The notes below the pieces were generated by a model that saw nothing but the letters and a program-made list of their open reading frames with translations, was not told where the DNA came from and did not search any database. 64,000 nucleotides of DNA from Auanema rhodensis (Eukaryota > Animalia > Nematoda). The position numbers and the translations under genes are program-made. The stretch lies in assembly GCA_964057225.1 (NCBI GenBank), contig OZ059895.1, positions 23,932,001-23,996,000 on the forward strand. The letters run 5' to 3'. Shown one piece after another: positions 15,001 through 30,000 of this stretch; within the stretch, counting starts at the first letter, position 1, and the number at the start of each line of letters is the position of its first letter.

Positions 15001-18000
15001 ATGACTTTGAAATTTACGTGAACTTTAATTTATGCTAATTAAATGTACACGTGATGTGCACTTGGTATGTAACTCGCTTCACGTGAAAGATAAAGAGATG
15101 CGGTTTTCAAAATTAGATTCTTCATGTCCATATTAGTCTAAAAACAAATTTTTATTGATATTGCTTCATGGTAACCATGACTTTGAAATTTACGTGAACT
15201 TTAATTTATGCTAATTAAATGTACACGTGATGTGCACTTGGTATGTAACTCGCTTCACGTGAAAGATAAAGAGATGCGGTTTTCACAATTAGATTCCTCA
15301 TGTCCATATTAGTCTAAAAACAAATTTTTATTGATATTGGTGCATGGTAACCATGACTTTGAAATTTACGTGAACTTTAATTTATGCTAATTAAATGTAC
15401 ACGTGATGTGCACTTGGTATGTAACTCGCTTCACGTGAAAGATAAAGAGATGCGGTTTTCAAAGTTAGATTCCCCATGTCCATATTAGTCTAAAAACGAA
15501 TTTTTATTGATATTGGTGCATGGTAACCACGACTTTGAAATTTACGTGAACTTTAATTTATGCTAATTAAATGTACACGTGATGTGCACTTGGTATGTAA
15601 CTCGCTTCACGTGAAAGATAAAGAGATGCGGTTTTCCAAATTAGATTCCCCATGTCCATATTAGTCTAAAAACAAATTTTTATTGATATTGGTTCATGGT
15701 AACCATGACTTTGAAATTTACGTGAACTTTAATTTATGCTAATTAAATGTACACGTGATGTGCACTTGGTATGTAACTCGCTTCACGTGAAAGATAAAGA
15801 GATGCGGTTTTCAAAATTAGATTCTTCATGTCCATATTAGTCTAAAAACAAATTTTTATTGATATTGCTTCATGGTAACCATGACTTTGAAATTTACGTG
15901 AACTTTAATTTATGCTAATTAAATGTACACGTGATGTGCACTTGGTATGTAACTCGCTTCACGTGAAAGATAAAGAGATGCGGTTTTCACAATTAGATTC
16001 CTCATGTCCATATTAGTCTAAAAACAAATTTTTATTGATATTGGTGCATGGTAACCATGACTTTGAAATTTACGTGAACTTTAATTTATGCTAATTAAAT
16101 GTACACGTGATGTGCACTTGGTATGTAACTCGCTTCACGTGAAAGATAAAGAGATACGGTTTTCAAAATTAGATTCCCCATGTCCATATTAGTCTAAAAA
16201 CGAATTTTTATTGATATTGGTGCATGGTAACCACGACTTTGAAATTTACGTGAACTTTAATTTATGCTAATTAAATGTACACGTGATGTGCACTTGGTAT
16301 GTAACTCGCTTCACGTGAAAGATAAAGAGATGCGGTTTTCAAAGTTAGATTCCCCATGTCCATATTAGTCTAAAAACGAATTTTTATTGATATTGGTTCA
16401 TGGTAACCATGACTTTGAAATTTACGTGAACTTTAATTTATGCTAATTAAATGTACACGTGATGTGCACTTGGTATGTAACTCGCTTCACGTGAAAGATA
16501 AAGAGATGCGGTTTTCAAAATTAGATTCTTCATGTCCATATTAGTCTAAAAACAAATTTTTATTGATATTGCTTCATGGTAACCATGACTTTGAAATTTA
16601 CGTGAACTTTAATTTATGCTAATTAAATGTACACGTGATGTGCACTTGGTATGTAACTCGCTTCACGTGAAAGATAAAGAGATGCGGTTTTCACAATTAG
16701 ATTCCTCATGTCCATATTAGTCTAAAAACAAATTTTTATTGATATTGGTGCATGGTAACCATGACTTTGAAATTTACGTGAACTTTAATTTATGCTAATT
16801 AAATGTACACGTGATGTGCACTTGGTATGTAACTCGCTTCACGTGAAAGATAAAGAGATACGGTTTTCAAAATTAGATTCCCCATGTCCATATTAGTCTA
16901 AAAACGAATTTTTATTGATATTGGTGCATGGTAACCACGACTTTGAAATTTACGTGAACTTTAATTTATGCTAATTAAATGTACACGTGATGTGCACTTG
17001 GTATGTAACTCGCTTCACGTGAAAGATAAAGAGATGCGGTTTTCAAAATTAGATTCCTCATGTCCATATTAGTCTAAAAACAAATTTTTATTGATATTGG
17101 TGCATGGTAACCATGACTTTGAAATTTACGTGAACTTTAATTTATGCTAATTAAATGTACACGTGATGTGCACTTGGTTTGTAACTCGCTTCACGTGAAA
17201 GATAAAGAGATGCGGTTTTCAAAATTAGATTCCTCATGTCCATATTAGTCTAAAAACAAATTTTTATTGATATTGGTGCATGGTAACCATGACTTTGAAA
17301 TTTACGTGAACTTTAATTTATGCTAATTAAATGTACACGTGATGTGCACTTGGTATGTAACTCGCTTCACGTGAAAGATAAAGAGATGCGGTTTTCAAAA
17401 TTAGATTCCTCATGTCCATATTAGTCTAAAAACAAATTTTTATTGATATTGGTGCATGGTAACCACGACTTTGAAATTTACGTGAACTTTAATTTATGCT
17501 AATTAAATGTACACGTGATGTGCACTTGGTATGTAACTCGCTTCACGTGAAAGATAAAGAGATGCGGTTTTCAAAATTAGATTCCTCATGTCCATATTAG
17601 TCTAAAAACAAATTTTTATTGATATTGGTGCATGGTAACCATGACTTTGAAATTTACGTGAACTTTAATTTATGCTAATTAAATGTACACGTGATGTGCA
17701 CTTGGTATGTAACTCGCTTCACGTGAAAGATAAAGAGATGCGGTTTTCAAAATTAGATTCCTCATGTCCATATTAGTCTAAAAACAAATTTTTATTGATA
17801 TTGGTGCATGGTAACCATGACTTTGAAATTTACGTGAACTTTAATTTATGCTAATTAAATGTACACGTGATGTGCACTTGGTATGTAACTCGCTTCACGT
17901 GAAAGATAAAGAGATGCGGTTTTCAAAATTAGATTCCCCATGTCCATATTAGTCTAAAAACAAATTTTTATTGATATTGCTTCATGGTAACCATGACTTT

Positions 18001-21000
18001 GAAATTTACGTGAACTTTAATTTATGCTAATTAAATGTACACGTGATGTGCACTTGGTATGTAACTCGCTTCACGTGAAAGATAAAGAGATGCGGTTTTC
18101 AAAATTAGATTCCTCATGTCCATATTAGTCTAAAAACAAATTTTTATTGATATTGGTGCATGGTAACCATGACTTTGAAATTTACGTGAACTTTAATTTA
18201 TGCTAATTAAATGTACACGTGATGTGCACTTGGTATGTAACTCGCTTCACGTGAAAGATAAAGAGATGCGGTTTTCAAAATTAGATTCCTCATGTCCATA
18301 TTAGTCTAAAAACAAATTTTTATTGATATTGGTGCATGGTAACCATGACTTTGAAATTTACGTGAACTTTAATTTATGCTAATTAAATGTACACGTGATG
18401 TGCACTTGGTATGTAACTCGCTTCACGTGAAAGATAAAGAGATGCGGTTTTCAAAATTAGATTCCCCATGTCCATATTAGTCTAAAAACAAATTTTTATT
18501 GATATTGCTTCATGGTAACCATGACTTTGAAATTTACGTGAACTTTAATTTATGCTAATTAAATGTACACGTGATGTGCACTTGGTATGTAACTCGCTTC
18601 ACGTGAAAGATAAAGAGATGCGGTTTTCAAAATTAGATTCCTCATGTCCATATTAGTCTAAAAACAAATTTTTATTGATATTGGTGCATGGTAACCATGA
18701 CTTTGAAATTTACGTGAACTTTAATTTATGCTAATTAAATGTACACGTGATGTGCACTTGGTATGTAACTCGCTTCACGTGAAAGATAAAGAGATACGGT
18801 TTTCAAAATTAGATTCCCCATGTCCATATTAGTCTAAAAACGAATTTTTATTGATATTGGTGCATGGTAACCACGACTTTGAAATTTACGTGAACTTTAA
18901 TTTATGCTAATTAAATGTACACGTGATTTGCACTTGGTATGTAACTCGCTTCACGTGAAAGATAAAGAGATGCGGTTTTCAAAATTAGATTCCTCATGTC
19001 CATATTAGTCTAAAAACAAATTTTTATTGATATTGGTGCATGGTAACCATGACTTTGAAATTTACGTGAACTTTAATTTATGCTAATTAAATGTACACGT
19101 GATGTGCACTTGGTATGTAACTCGCTTCACGTGAAAGATAAAGAGATGCGGTTTTCAAAATTAGATTCCCCATGTCCATATTAGTCTAAAAACAAATTTT
19201 TATTGATATTGCTTCATGGTAACCATGACTTTGAAATTTACGTGAACTTTAATTTATGCTAATTAAATGTACACGTGATGTGCACTTGGTATGTAACTCG
19301 CTTCACGTGAAAGATAAAGAGATGCGGTTTTCAAAATTAGATTCCTCATGTCCATATTAGTCTAAAAACAAATTTTTATTGATATTGGTGCATGGTAACC
19401 ATGACTTTGAAATTTACGTGAACTTTAATTTATGCTAATTAAATGTACACGTGATGTGCACTTGGTATGTAACTCGCTTCACGTGAAAGATAAAGAGATG
19501 CGGTTTTCAAAATTAGATTCCTCATGTCCATATTAGTCTAAAAACAAATTTTTATTGATATTGGTGCATGGTAACCATGACTTTGAAATTTACGTGAACT
19601 TTAATTTATGCTAATTAAATGTACACGTGATGTGCACTTGGTATGTAACTCGCTTCACGTGAAAGATAAAGAGATGCGGTTTTCAAAATTAGATTCCCCA
19701 TGTCCATATTAGTCTAAAAACAAATTTTTATTGATATTGCTTCATGGTAACCATGACTTTGAAATTTACGTGAACTTTAATTTATGCTAATTAAATGTAC
19801 ACGTGATGTGCACTTGGTATGTAACTCGCTTCACGTGAAAGATAAAGAGATGCGGTTTTCAAAATTAGATTCCTCATGTCCATATCAGTCTAAAAACAAA
19901 TTTTTATTGATATTGGTGCATGGTAACCATGACTTTGAAATTTACGTGAACTTTAATTTATGCTAATTAAATGTACACGTGATGTGCACTTGGTATGTAA
20001 CTCGCTTCACGTGAAAGATAAAGAGATACGGTTTTCAAAATTAGATTCTCCATGTCCATATTAGTCTAAAAACGAATTTTTATTGATATTGGTGCATGGT
20101 AACCACGACTTTGAAATTTACGTGAACTTTAATTTATGCTAATTAAATGTACACGTGATTTGCACTTGGTATGTAACTCGCTTCACGTGAAAGATAAAGA
20201 GATGCGGTTTTCAAAATTAGATTCCTCATGTCCATATTAGTCTAAAAACAAATTTTTATTGATATTGGTGCATGGTAACCATGACTTTGAAATTTACGTG
20301 AACTTTAATTTATGCTAATTAAATGTACACGTGATGTGCACTTGGTATGTAACTCGCTTCACGTGAAAGATAAAGAGATGCGGTTTTCAAAATTAGATTC
20401 CTCATGTCCATATTAGTCTAAAAACAAATTTTTATTGATATTGGTGCATGGTAACCATGACTTTGAAATTTACGTGAACTTTAATTTATGCTAATTAAAT
20501 GTACACGTGATGTGCACTTGGTATGTAACTCGCTTCACGTGAAAGATAAAGAGATGCGGTTTTCAAAATTAGATTCCTCATGTCCATATTAGTCTAAAAA
20601 CAAATTTTTATTGATATTGGTGCATGGTAACCATGACTTTGAAATTTACGTGAACTTTAATTTATGCTAATTAAATGTACACGTGATGTGCACTTGGTAT
20701 GTAACTCGCTTCACGTGAAAGATAAAGAGATGCGGTTTTCAAAATTAGATTCCTCATGTCCATATTAGTCTAAAAACAAATTTTTATTGATATTGGTGCA
20801 TGGTAACCATGACTTTGAAATTTACGTGAACTTTAATTTATGCTAATTAAATGTACACGTGATGTGCACTTGGTATGTAACTCGCTTCACGTGAAAGATA
20901 AAGAGATGCGGTTTTCCAAATTAGATTCCCCATGTCCATATTAGTCTAAAAACAAATTTTTATTGATATTGGTTCATGGTAACCATGACTTTGAAATTTA

Positions 21001-24000
21001 CGTGAACTTTAATTTATGCTAATTAAATGTACACGTGATGTGCACTTGGTATGTAACTCGCTTCACGTGAAAGATAAAGAGATGCGGTTTTCAAAATTAG
21101 ATTCTTCATGTCCATATTAGTCTAAAAACAAATTTTTATTGATATTGCTTCATGGTAACCATGACTTTGAAATTTACGTGAACTTTAATTTATGCTAATT
21201 AAATGTACACGTGATGTGCACTTGGTATGTAACTCGCTTCACGTGAAAGATAAAGAGATGCGGTTTTCACAATTAGATTCCTCATGTCCATATCAGTCTA
21301 AAAACAAATTTTTATTGATATTGGTGCATGGTAACCATGACTTTGAAATTTACGTGAACTTTAATTTATGCTAATTAAATGTACACGTGATGTGCACTTG
21401 GTATGTAACTCGCTTCACGTGAAAGATAAAGAGATGCGGTTTTCAAAATTAGATTCCTCATGTCCATATTAGTCTAAAAACAAATTTTTATTGATATTGG
21501 TGCATGGTAACCATGACTTTGAAATTTACGTGAACTTTAATTTATGCTAATTAAATGTACACGTGATGTGCACTTGGTATGTAACTCGCTTCACGTGAAA
21601 GATAAAGAGATGCGGTTTTCAAAATTAGATTCCTCATGTCCATATTAGTCTAAAAACAAATTTTTATTGATATTGGTGCATGGTAACCATGACTTTGAAA
21701 TTTACGTGAACTTTAATTTATGCTAATTAAATGTACACGTGATGTGCACTTGGTATGTAACTCGCTTCACGTGAAAGATAAAGAGATGCGGTTTTCAAAA
21801 TTAGATTCCTCATGTCCATATTAGTCTAAAAACAAATTTTTATTGATATTGGTGCATGGTAACCATGACTTTGAAATTTACGTGAACTTTAATTTATGCT
21901 AATTAAATGTACACGTGATGTGCACTTGGTATGTAACTCGCTTCACGTGAAAGATAAAGAGATGCGGTTTTCCAAATTAGATTCCCCATGTCCATATTAG
22001 TCTAAAAACAAATTTTTATTGATATTGGTTCATGGTAACCATGACTTTGAAATTTACGTGAACTTTAATTTATGCTAATTAAATGTACACGTGATGTGCA
22101 CTTGGTATGTAACTCGCTTCACGTAAAAGATAAAGAGATGCGGTTTTCAAAATTAGATTCCCCATGTCCATATTAGTCTAAAAACAAATTTTTATTGATA
22201 TTGGTGCATGGTAACCATGACTTTGAAATTTACGTGAACTTTAATTTATGCTAATTAAATGTACACGTGATGTGCACTTGGTATGTAACTCGCTTCACGT
22301 GAAAGATAAAGAGATGCGGTTTTCAAAATTAGATTCTTCATGTCCATATTAGTCTAAAAACAAATTTTTATTGATATTGGTGCATGGTAACCATGACTTT
22401 GAAATTTACGTGAACTTTAATTTATGCTAATTAAATGTACACGTGATGTGCACTTGGTATGTAACTCGCTTCACGTGAAAGATAAAGAGATGCGGTTTTC
22501 AAAATTAGATTCCTCATGTCCATATTAGTCTAAAAACAAATTTTTATTGATATTGGTGCATGGTAACCATGACTTTGAAATTTACGTGAACTTTAATTTA
22601 TGCTAATTAAATGTACACGTGATGTGCACTTGGTATGTAACTCGCTTCACGTGAAAGATAAAGAGATGCGGTTTTCAAAATTAGATTCCTCATGTCCATA
22701 TTAGTCTAAAAACAAATTTTTATTGATATTGGTGCATGGTAACCATGACTTTGAAATTTACGTGAACTTTAATTTATGCTAATTAAATGTACACGTGATG
22801 TGCACTTGGTATGTAACTCGCTTCACGTGAAAGATAAAGAGATGCGGTTTTCCAAATTAGATTCCCCATGTCCATATTAGTCTAAAAACAAATTTTTATT
22901 GATATTGGTTCATGGTAACCATGACTTTGAAATTTACGTGAACTTTAATTTATGCTAATTAAATGTACACGTGATGTGCACTTGGTATGTAACTCGCTTC
23001 ACGTGAAAGATAAAGAGATGCGGTTTTCAAAATTAGATTCCTCATGTCCATATTAGTCTAAAAACAAATTTTTATTGATATTGGTGCATGGTAACCATGA
23101 CTTTGAAATTTACGTGAACTTTAATTTATGCTAATTAAATGTACACGTGATGTGCACTTGGTATGTAACTCGCTTCACGTGAAAGATAAAGAGATGCGGT
23201 TTTCAAAATTAGATTCCTCATGTCCATATTAGTCTAAAAACAAATTTTTATTGATATTGGTGCATGGTAACCATGACTTTGAAATTTACGTGAACTTTAA
23301 TTTATGCTAATTAAATGTACACGTGATGTGCACTTGGTATGTAACTCGCTTCACGTGAAAGATAAAGAGATGCGGTTTTCAAAATTAGATTCCTCATGTC
23401 CATATTAGTCTAAAAACAAATTTTTATTGATATTGGTGCATGGTAACCATGACTTTGAAATTTACGTGAACTTTAATTTATGCTAATTAAATGTACACGT
23501 GATGTGCACTTGGTATGTAACTCGCTTCACGTGAAAGATAAAGAGATGCGGTTTTCCAAATTAGATTCCCCATGTCCATATTAGTCTAAAAACAAATTTT
23601 TATTGATATTGGTTCATGGTAACCATGACTTTGAAATTTACGTGAACTTTAATTTATGCTAATTAAATGTACACGTGATGTGCACTTGGTATGTAACTCG
23701 CTTCACGTAAAAGATAAAGAGATGCGGTTTTCAAAATTAGATTCCCCATGTCCATATTAGTCTAAAAACAAATTTTTATTGATATTGGTGCATGGTAACC
23801 ATGACTTTGAAATTTACGTGAACTTTAATTTATGCTAATTAAATGTACACGTGATGTGCACTTGGTATGTAACTCGCTTCACGTGAAAGATAAAGAGATG
23901 CGGTTTTCAAAATTAGATTCTTCATGTCCATATTAGTCTAAAAACAAATTTTTATTGATATTGGTGCATGGTAACCATGACTTTGAAATTTACGTGAACT

Positions 24001-27000
24001 TTAATTTATGCTAATTAAATGTACACGTGATGTGCACTTGGTATGTAACTCGCTTCACGTGAAAGATAAAGAGATGCGGTTTTCAAAATTAGATTCCTCA
24101 TGTCCATATTAGTCTAAAAACAAATTTTTATTGATATTGGTGCATGGTAACCATGACTTTGAAATTTACGTGAACTTTAATTTATGCTAATTAAATGTAC
24201 ACGTGATGTGCACTTGGTATGTAACTCGCTTCACGTGAAAGATAAAGAGATGCGGTTTTCAAAATTAGATTCCTCATGTCCATATTAGTCTAAAAACAAA
24301 TTTTTATTGATATTGGTGCATGGTAACCATGACTTTGAAATTTACGTGAACTTTAATTTATGCTAATTAAATGTACACGTGATGTGCACTTGGTATGTAA
24401 CTCGCTTCACGTGAAAGATAAAGAGATGCGGTTTTCCAAATTAGATTCCCCATGTCCATATTAGTCTAAAAACAAATTTTTATTGATATTGGTTCATGGT
24501 AACCATGACTTTGAAATTTACGTGAACTTTAATTTATGCTAATTAAATGTACACGTGATGTGCACTTGGTATGTAACTCGCTTCACGTGAAAGATAAAGA
24601 GATGCGGTTTTCAAAATTAGATTCTTCATGTCCATATTAGTCTAAAAACAAATTTTTATTGATATTGCTTCATGGTAACCATGACTTTGAAATTTACGTG
24701 AACTTTAATTTATGCTAATTAAATGTACACGTGATGTGCACTTGGTATGTAACTCGCTTCACGTGAAAGATAAAGAGATGCGGTTTTCACAATTAGATTC
24801 CTCATGTCCATATCAGTCTAAAAACAAATTTTTATTGATATTGGTGCATGGTAACCATGACTTTGAAATTTACGTGAACTTTAATTTATGCTAATTAAAT
24901 GTACACGTGATGTGCACTTGGTATGTAACTCGCTTCACGTGAAAGATAAAGAGATGCGGTTTTCAAAATTAGATTCCTCATGTCCATATTAGTCTAAAAA
25001 CAAATTTTTATTGATATTGGTGCATGGTAACCATGACTTTGAAATTTACGTGAACTTTAATTTATGCTAATTAAATGTACACGTGATGTGCACTTGGTAT
25101 GTAACTCGCTTCACGTGAAAGATAAAGAGATGCGGTTTTCAAAATTAGATTCCTCATGTCCATATTAGTCTAAAAACAAATTTTTATTGATATTGGTGCA
25201 TGGTAACCATGACTTTGAAATTTACGTGAACTTTAATTTATGCTAATTAAATGTACACGTGATGTGCACTTGGTATGTAACTCGCTTCACGTGAAAGATA
25301 AAGAGATGCGGTTTTCAAAATTAGATTCCTCATGTCCATATTAGTCTAAAAACAAATTTTTATTGATATTGGTGCATGGTAACCATGACTTTGAAATTTA
25401 CGTGAACTTTAATTTATGCTAATTAAATGTACACGTGATGTGCACTTGGTATGTAACTCGCTTCACGTGAAAGATAAAGAGATGCGGTTTTCCAAATTAG
25501 ATTCCCCATGTCCATATTAGTCTAAAAACAAATTTTTATTGATATTGGTTCATGGTAACCATGACTTTGAAATTTACGTGAACTTTAATTTATGCTAATT
25601 AAATGTACACGTGATGTGCACTTGGTATGTAACTCGCTTCACGTGAAAGATAAAGAGATGCGGTTTTCAAAATTAGATTCTTCATGTCCATATTAGTCTA
25701 AAAACAAATTTTTATTGATATTGCTTCATGGTAACCATGACTTTGAAATTTACGTGAACTTTAATTTATGCTAATTAAATGTACACGTGATGTGCACTTG
25801 GTATGTAACTCGCTTCACGTGAAAGATAAAGAGATGCGGTTTTCACAATTAGATTCCTCATGTCCATATTAGTCTAAAAACAAATTTTTATTGATATTGG
25901 TGCATGGTAACCATGACTTTGAAATTTACGTGATCTTTAATTTATGCTAATTAAATGTACACGTGATGTGCACTTGGTATGTAACTCGCTTCACGTGAAA
26001 GATAAAGAGATGCGGTTTTCAAAGTTAGATTCCCCATGTCCATATTAGTCTAAAAACGAATTTTTATTGATATTGGTGCATGGTAACCACGACTTTGAAA
26101 TTTACGTGAACTTTAATTTATGCTAATTAAATGTACACGTGATGTGCACTTGGTATGTAACTCGCTTCACGTGAAAGATAATGAGATGCGGTTTTCAAAA
26201 TTAGATTCTTCATGTCCATATTAGTCTAAAAACAAATTTTTATTGATATTGCTTCATGGTAACCATGACTTTGAAATTTACGTGAACTTTAATTTATGCT
26301 ATTTAAATGTACACGTGATGTGCACTTGGTATGTAACTCGCTTCACGTGAAAGATAAAGAGATGCGGTTTTCACAATTAGATTCCTCATGTCCATATTAG
26401 TCTAAAAACAAATTTTTATTGATATTGGTGCATGGTAACCATGACTTTGAAATTTACGTGAACTTTAATTTATGCTAATTAAATGTACACGTGATGTGCA
26501 CTTGGTATGTAACTCGCTTCACGTGAAAGATAAAGAGATACGGTTTTCAAAATTAGATTCCCCATGTCCATATTAGTCTAAAAACCAATTTTTATTGATA
26601 TTGGTGCATGGTAACCACGACTTTGAAATTTACGTGAACTTTAATTTATGCTAATTAAATGTACACGTGATGTGCACTTGGTATGTAACTCGCTTCACGT
26701 GAAAGATAAAGAGATGCGGTTTTCAAAGTTAGATTCCTCATGTCCATATTAGTCTAAAAACGAATTTTTATTGATATTGGTTCATGGTAACCATGACTTT
26801 GAAATTTACGTGAACTTTAATTTATGCTAATTAAATGTACACGTGATGTGCACTTGGTATGTAACTCGCTTCACGTGAAAGATAAAGAGATGCGGTTTTC
26901 AAAATTAGATTCTTCATGTCCATATTAGTCTAAAAACAAATTTTTATTGATATTGCTTCATGGTAACCATGACTTTGAAATTTACGTGAACTTTAATTTA

Positions 27001-30000
27001 TGCTAATTAAATGTACACGTGATGTGCACTTGGTATGTAACTCGCTTCACGTGAAAGATAAAGAGATGCGGTTTTCACAATTAGATTCCTCATGTCCATA
27101 TTAGTCTAAAAACAAATTTTTATTGATATTGGTGCATGGTAACCATGACTTTGAAATTTACGTGAACTTTAATTTATGCTAATTAAATGTACACGTGATG
27201 TGTACTTGGTATGTAACTCGCTTCACGTGAAAGATAAAGAGATACGGTTTTCAAAATTAGATTCCCCATGTCCATATTAGTCTAAAAACGAATTTTTATT
27301 GATATTGGTGCATGGTAACCACGACTTTGAAATTTACGTGAACTTTAATTTATGCTAATTAAATGTACACGTGATGTGCACTTGGTATGTAACTCGCTTC
27401 ACGTGAAAGATAAAGAGATGCGGTTTTCAAAATTAGATTCCCCATGTCCATATTAGTCTAAAAACAAATTTTTATTGATATTGGTTCATGGTAACCATGA
27501 CTTTGAAATTTACGTGAACTTTAATTTATGCTAATTAAATGTACACGTGATGTGCACTTGGTATGTAACTCGCTTCACGTGAAAGATAAAGAGATGCGGT
27601 TTTCAAAGTTAGATTCCCCATGTCCATATTAGTCTAAAAACGAATTTTTATTGATATTGGTGCATGGTAACCACGACTTTGAAATTTACGTGAACTTTAA
27701 TTTATGCTAATTAAATGTACACGTGATGTGCACTTGGTATGTAACTCGCTTCACGTGAAAGATAAAGAGATGCGGTTTTCAAAATTAGATTCCCCATGTC
27801 CATATTAGTCTAAAAACAAATTTTTATTGATATTGGTTCATGGTAACCATGACTTTGAAATTTACGTGAACTTTAATTTATGCTAATTAAATGTACACGT
27901 GATGTGCACTTGGTATGTAACTCGCTTCACGTGAAAGATAAAGAGATGCGGTTTTCAAAGTTAGATTCCCCATGTCCATATTAGTCTAAAAACGAATTTT
28001 TATTGATATTGGTGCATGGTAACCACGACTTTGAAATTTACGTGAACTTTAATTTATGCTAATTAAATGTACACGTGATGTGCACTTGGTATGTAACTCG
28101 CTTCACGTGAAAGATAAAGAGATGCGGTTTTCAAAATTAGATTTCCCATGTCCATATTAGTCTAAAAACAAATTCTTATTGATATTGGTGCATGGTAACC
28201 ATGACTTTGAAATTTACGTGAACTTTAATTTATGCTAATTAAATGTACACGTGATGTGCACTTGGTATGTAACTCGCTTCACGTGAAAGATAAAGAGATG
28301 CGGTTTTCAAAATTAGATTCCCCATGTCCATATTAGTCTAAAAACGAATTTTTATTGATATTGGTGCATGGTAACCACGACTTTGAAATTTACGTGAACT
28401 TTAATTTATGCTAATTAAATGTACACGTGATGTGCACTTGGTATGTAACTCGCTTCACGTGAAAGATAAAGAGATGCGGTTTTCAAAATTAGATTCCTCA
28501 TGTCCATATTAGTCTAAAAACAAATTTTTATTGATATTGGTGCATGGTAACCATGACTTTGAAATTTACGTGAACTTTAATTTATGCTAATTAAATGTAC
28601 ACGTGATGTGCATTTGGTATGTAACTCGCTTCACGTGAAAGATAAAGAGATGCGGTTTTCAAAATTAGATTCCTCATGTCCATATTAGTCTAAAAACAAA
28701 TTTTTATTGATATTGGTGCATGGTAACCATGACTTTGAAATTTACGTGAACTTTAATTTATGCTAATTAAATGTACACGTGATGTGCACTTGGTATGTAA
28801 CTCGCTTCACGTGAAAGATAAAGAGATACGGTTTTCAAAATTAGATTCCCCATGTCCATATTAGTCTAAAAACGAATTTTTATTGATATTGGTGCATGGT
28901 AACCACGACTTTGAAATTTACGTGAACTTTAATTTATGCTAATTAAATGTACACGTGATGTGCACTTGGTATGTAACTCGCTTCACGTGAAAGATAAAGA
29001 GATGCGGTTTTCAAAATTAGATTCCCCATGTCCATATTAGTCTAAAAACAAATTTTTATTGATATTGGTTCATGGTAACCATGACTTTGAAATTTACGTG
29101 AACTTTAATTTATGCTAATTAAATGTACACGTGATGTGCACTTGGTATGTAACTCGCTTCACGTGAAAGATAAAGAGATGCGGTTTTCAAAGTTAGATTC
29201 CCCATGTCCATATTAGTCTAAAAACGAATTTTTATTGATATTGGTGCATGGTAACCACGACTTTGAAATTTACGTGAACTTTAATTTATGCTAATTAAAT
29301 GTACACGTGATGTGCACTTGGTATGTAACTCGCTTCACGTGAAAGATAAAGAGATGCGGTTTTCAAAATTAGATTCCCCATGTCCATATTAGTCTAAAAA
29401 CAAATTTTTATTGATATTGGTTCATGGTAACCATGACTTTGAAATTTACGTGAACTTTAATTTATGCTAATTAAATGTACACGTGATGTGCACTTGGTAT
29501 GTAACTCGCTTCACGTGAAAGATAAAGAGATGCGGTTTTCAAAGTTAGATTCCCCATGTCCATATTAGTCTAAAAACGAATTTTTATTGATATTGGTGCA
29601 TGGTAACCACGACTTTGAAATTTACGTGAACTTTAATTTATGCTAATTAAATGTACACGTGATGTGCACTTGGTATGTAACTCGCTTCACGTGAAAGATA
29701 AAGAGATGCGGTTTTCAAAATTAGATTTCCCATGTCCATATTAGTCTAAAAACAAATTCTTATTGATATTGGTGCATGGTAACCATGACTTTGAAATTTA
29801 CGTGAACTTTAATTTATGCTAATTAAATGTACACGTGATGTGCACTTGGTATGTAACTCGCTTCACGTGAAAGATAAAGAGATGCGGTTTTCAAAATTAG
29901 ATTCCCCATGTCCATATTAGTCTAAAAACGAATTTTTATTGATATTGGTGCATGGTAACCACGACTTTGAAATTTACGTGAACTTTAATTTATGCTAATT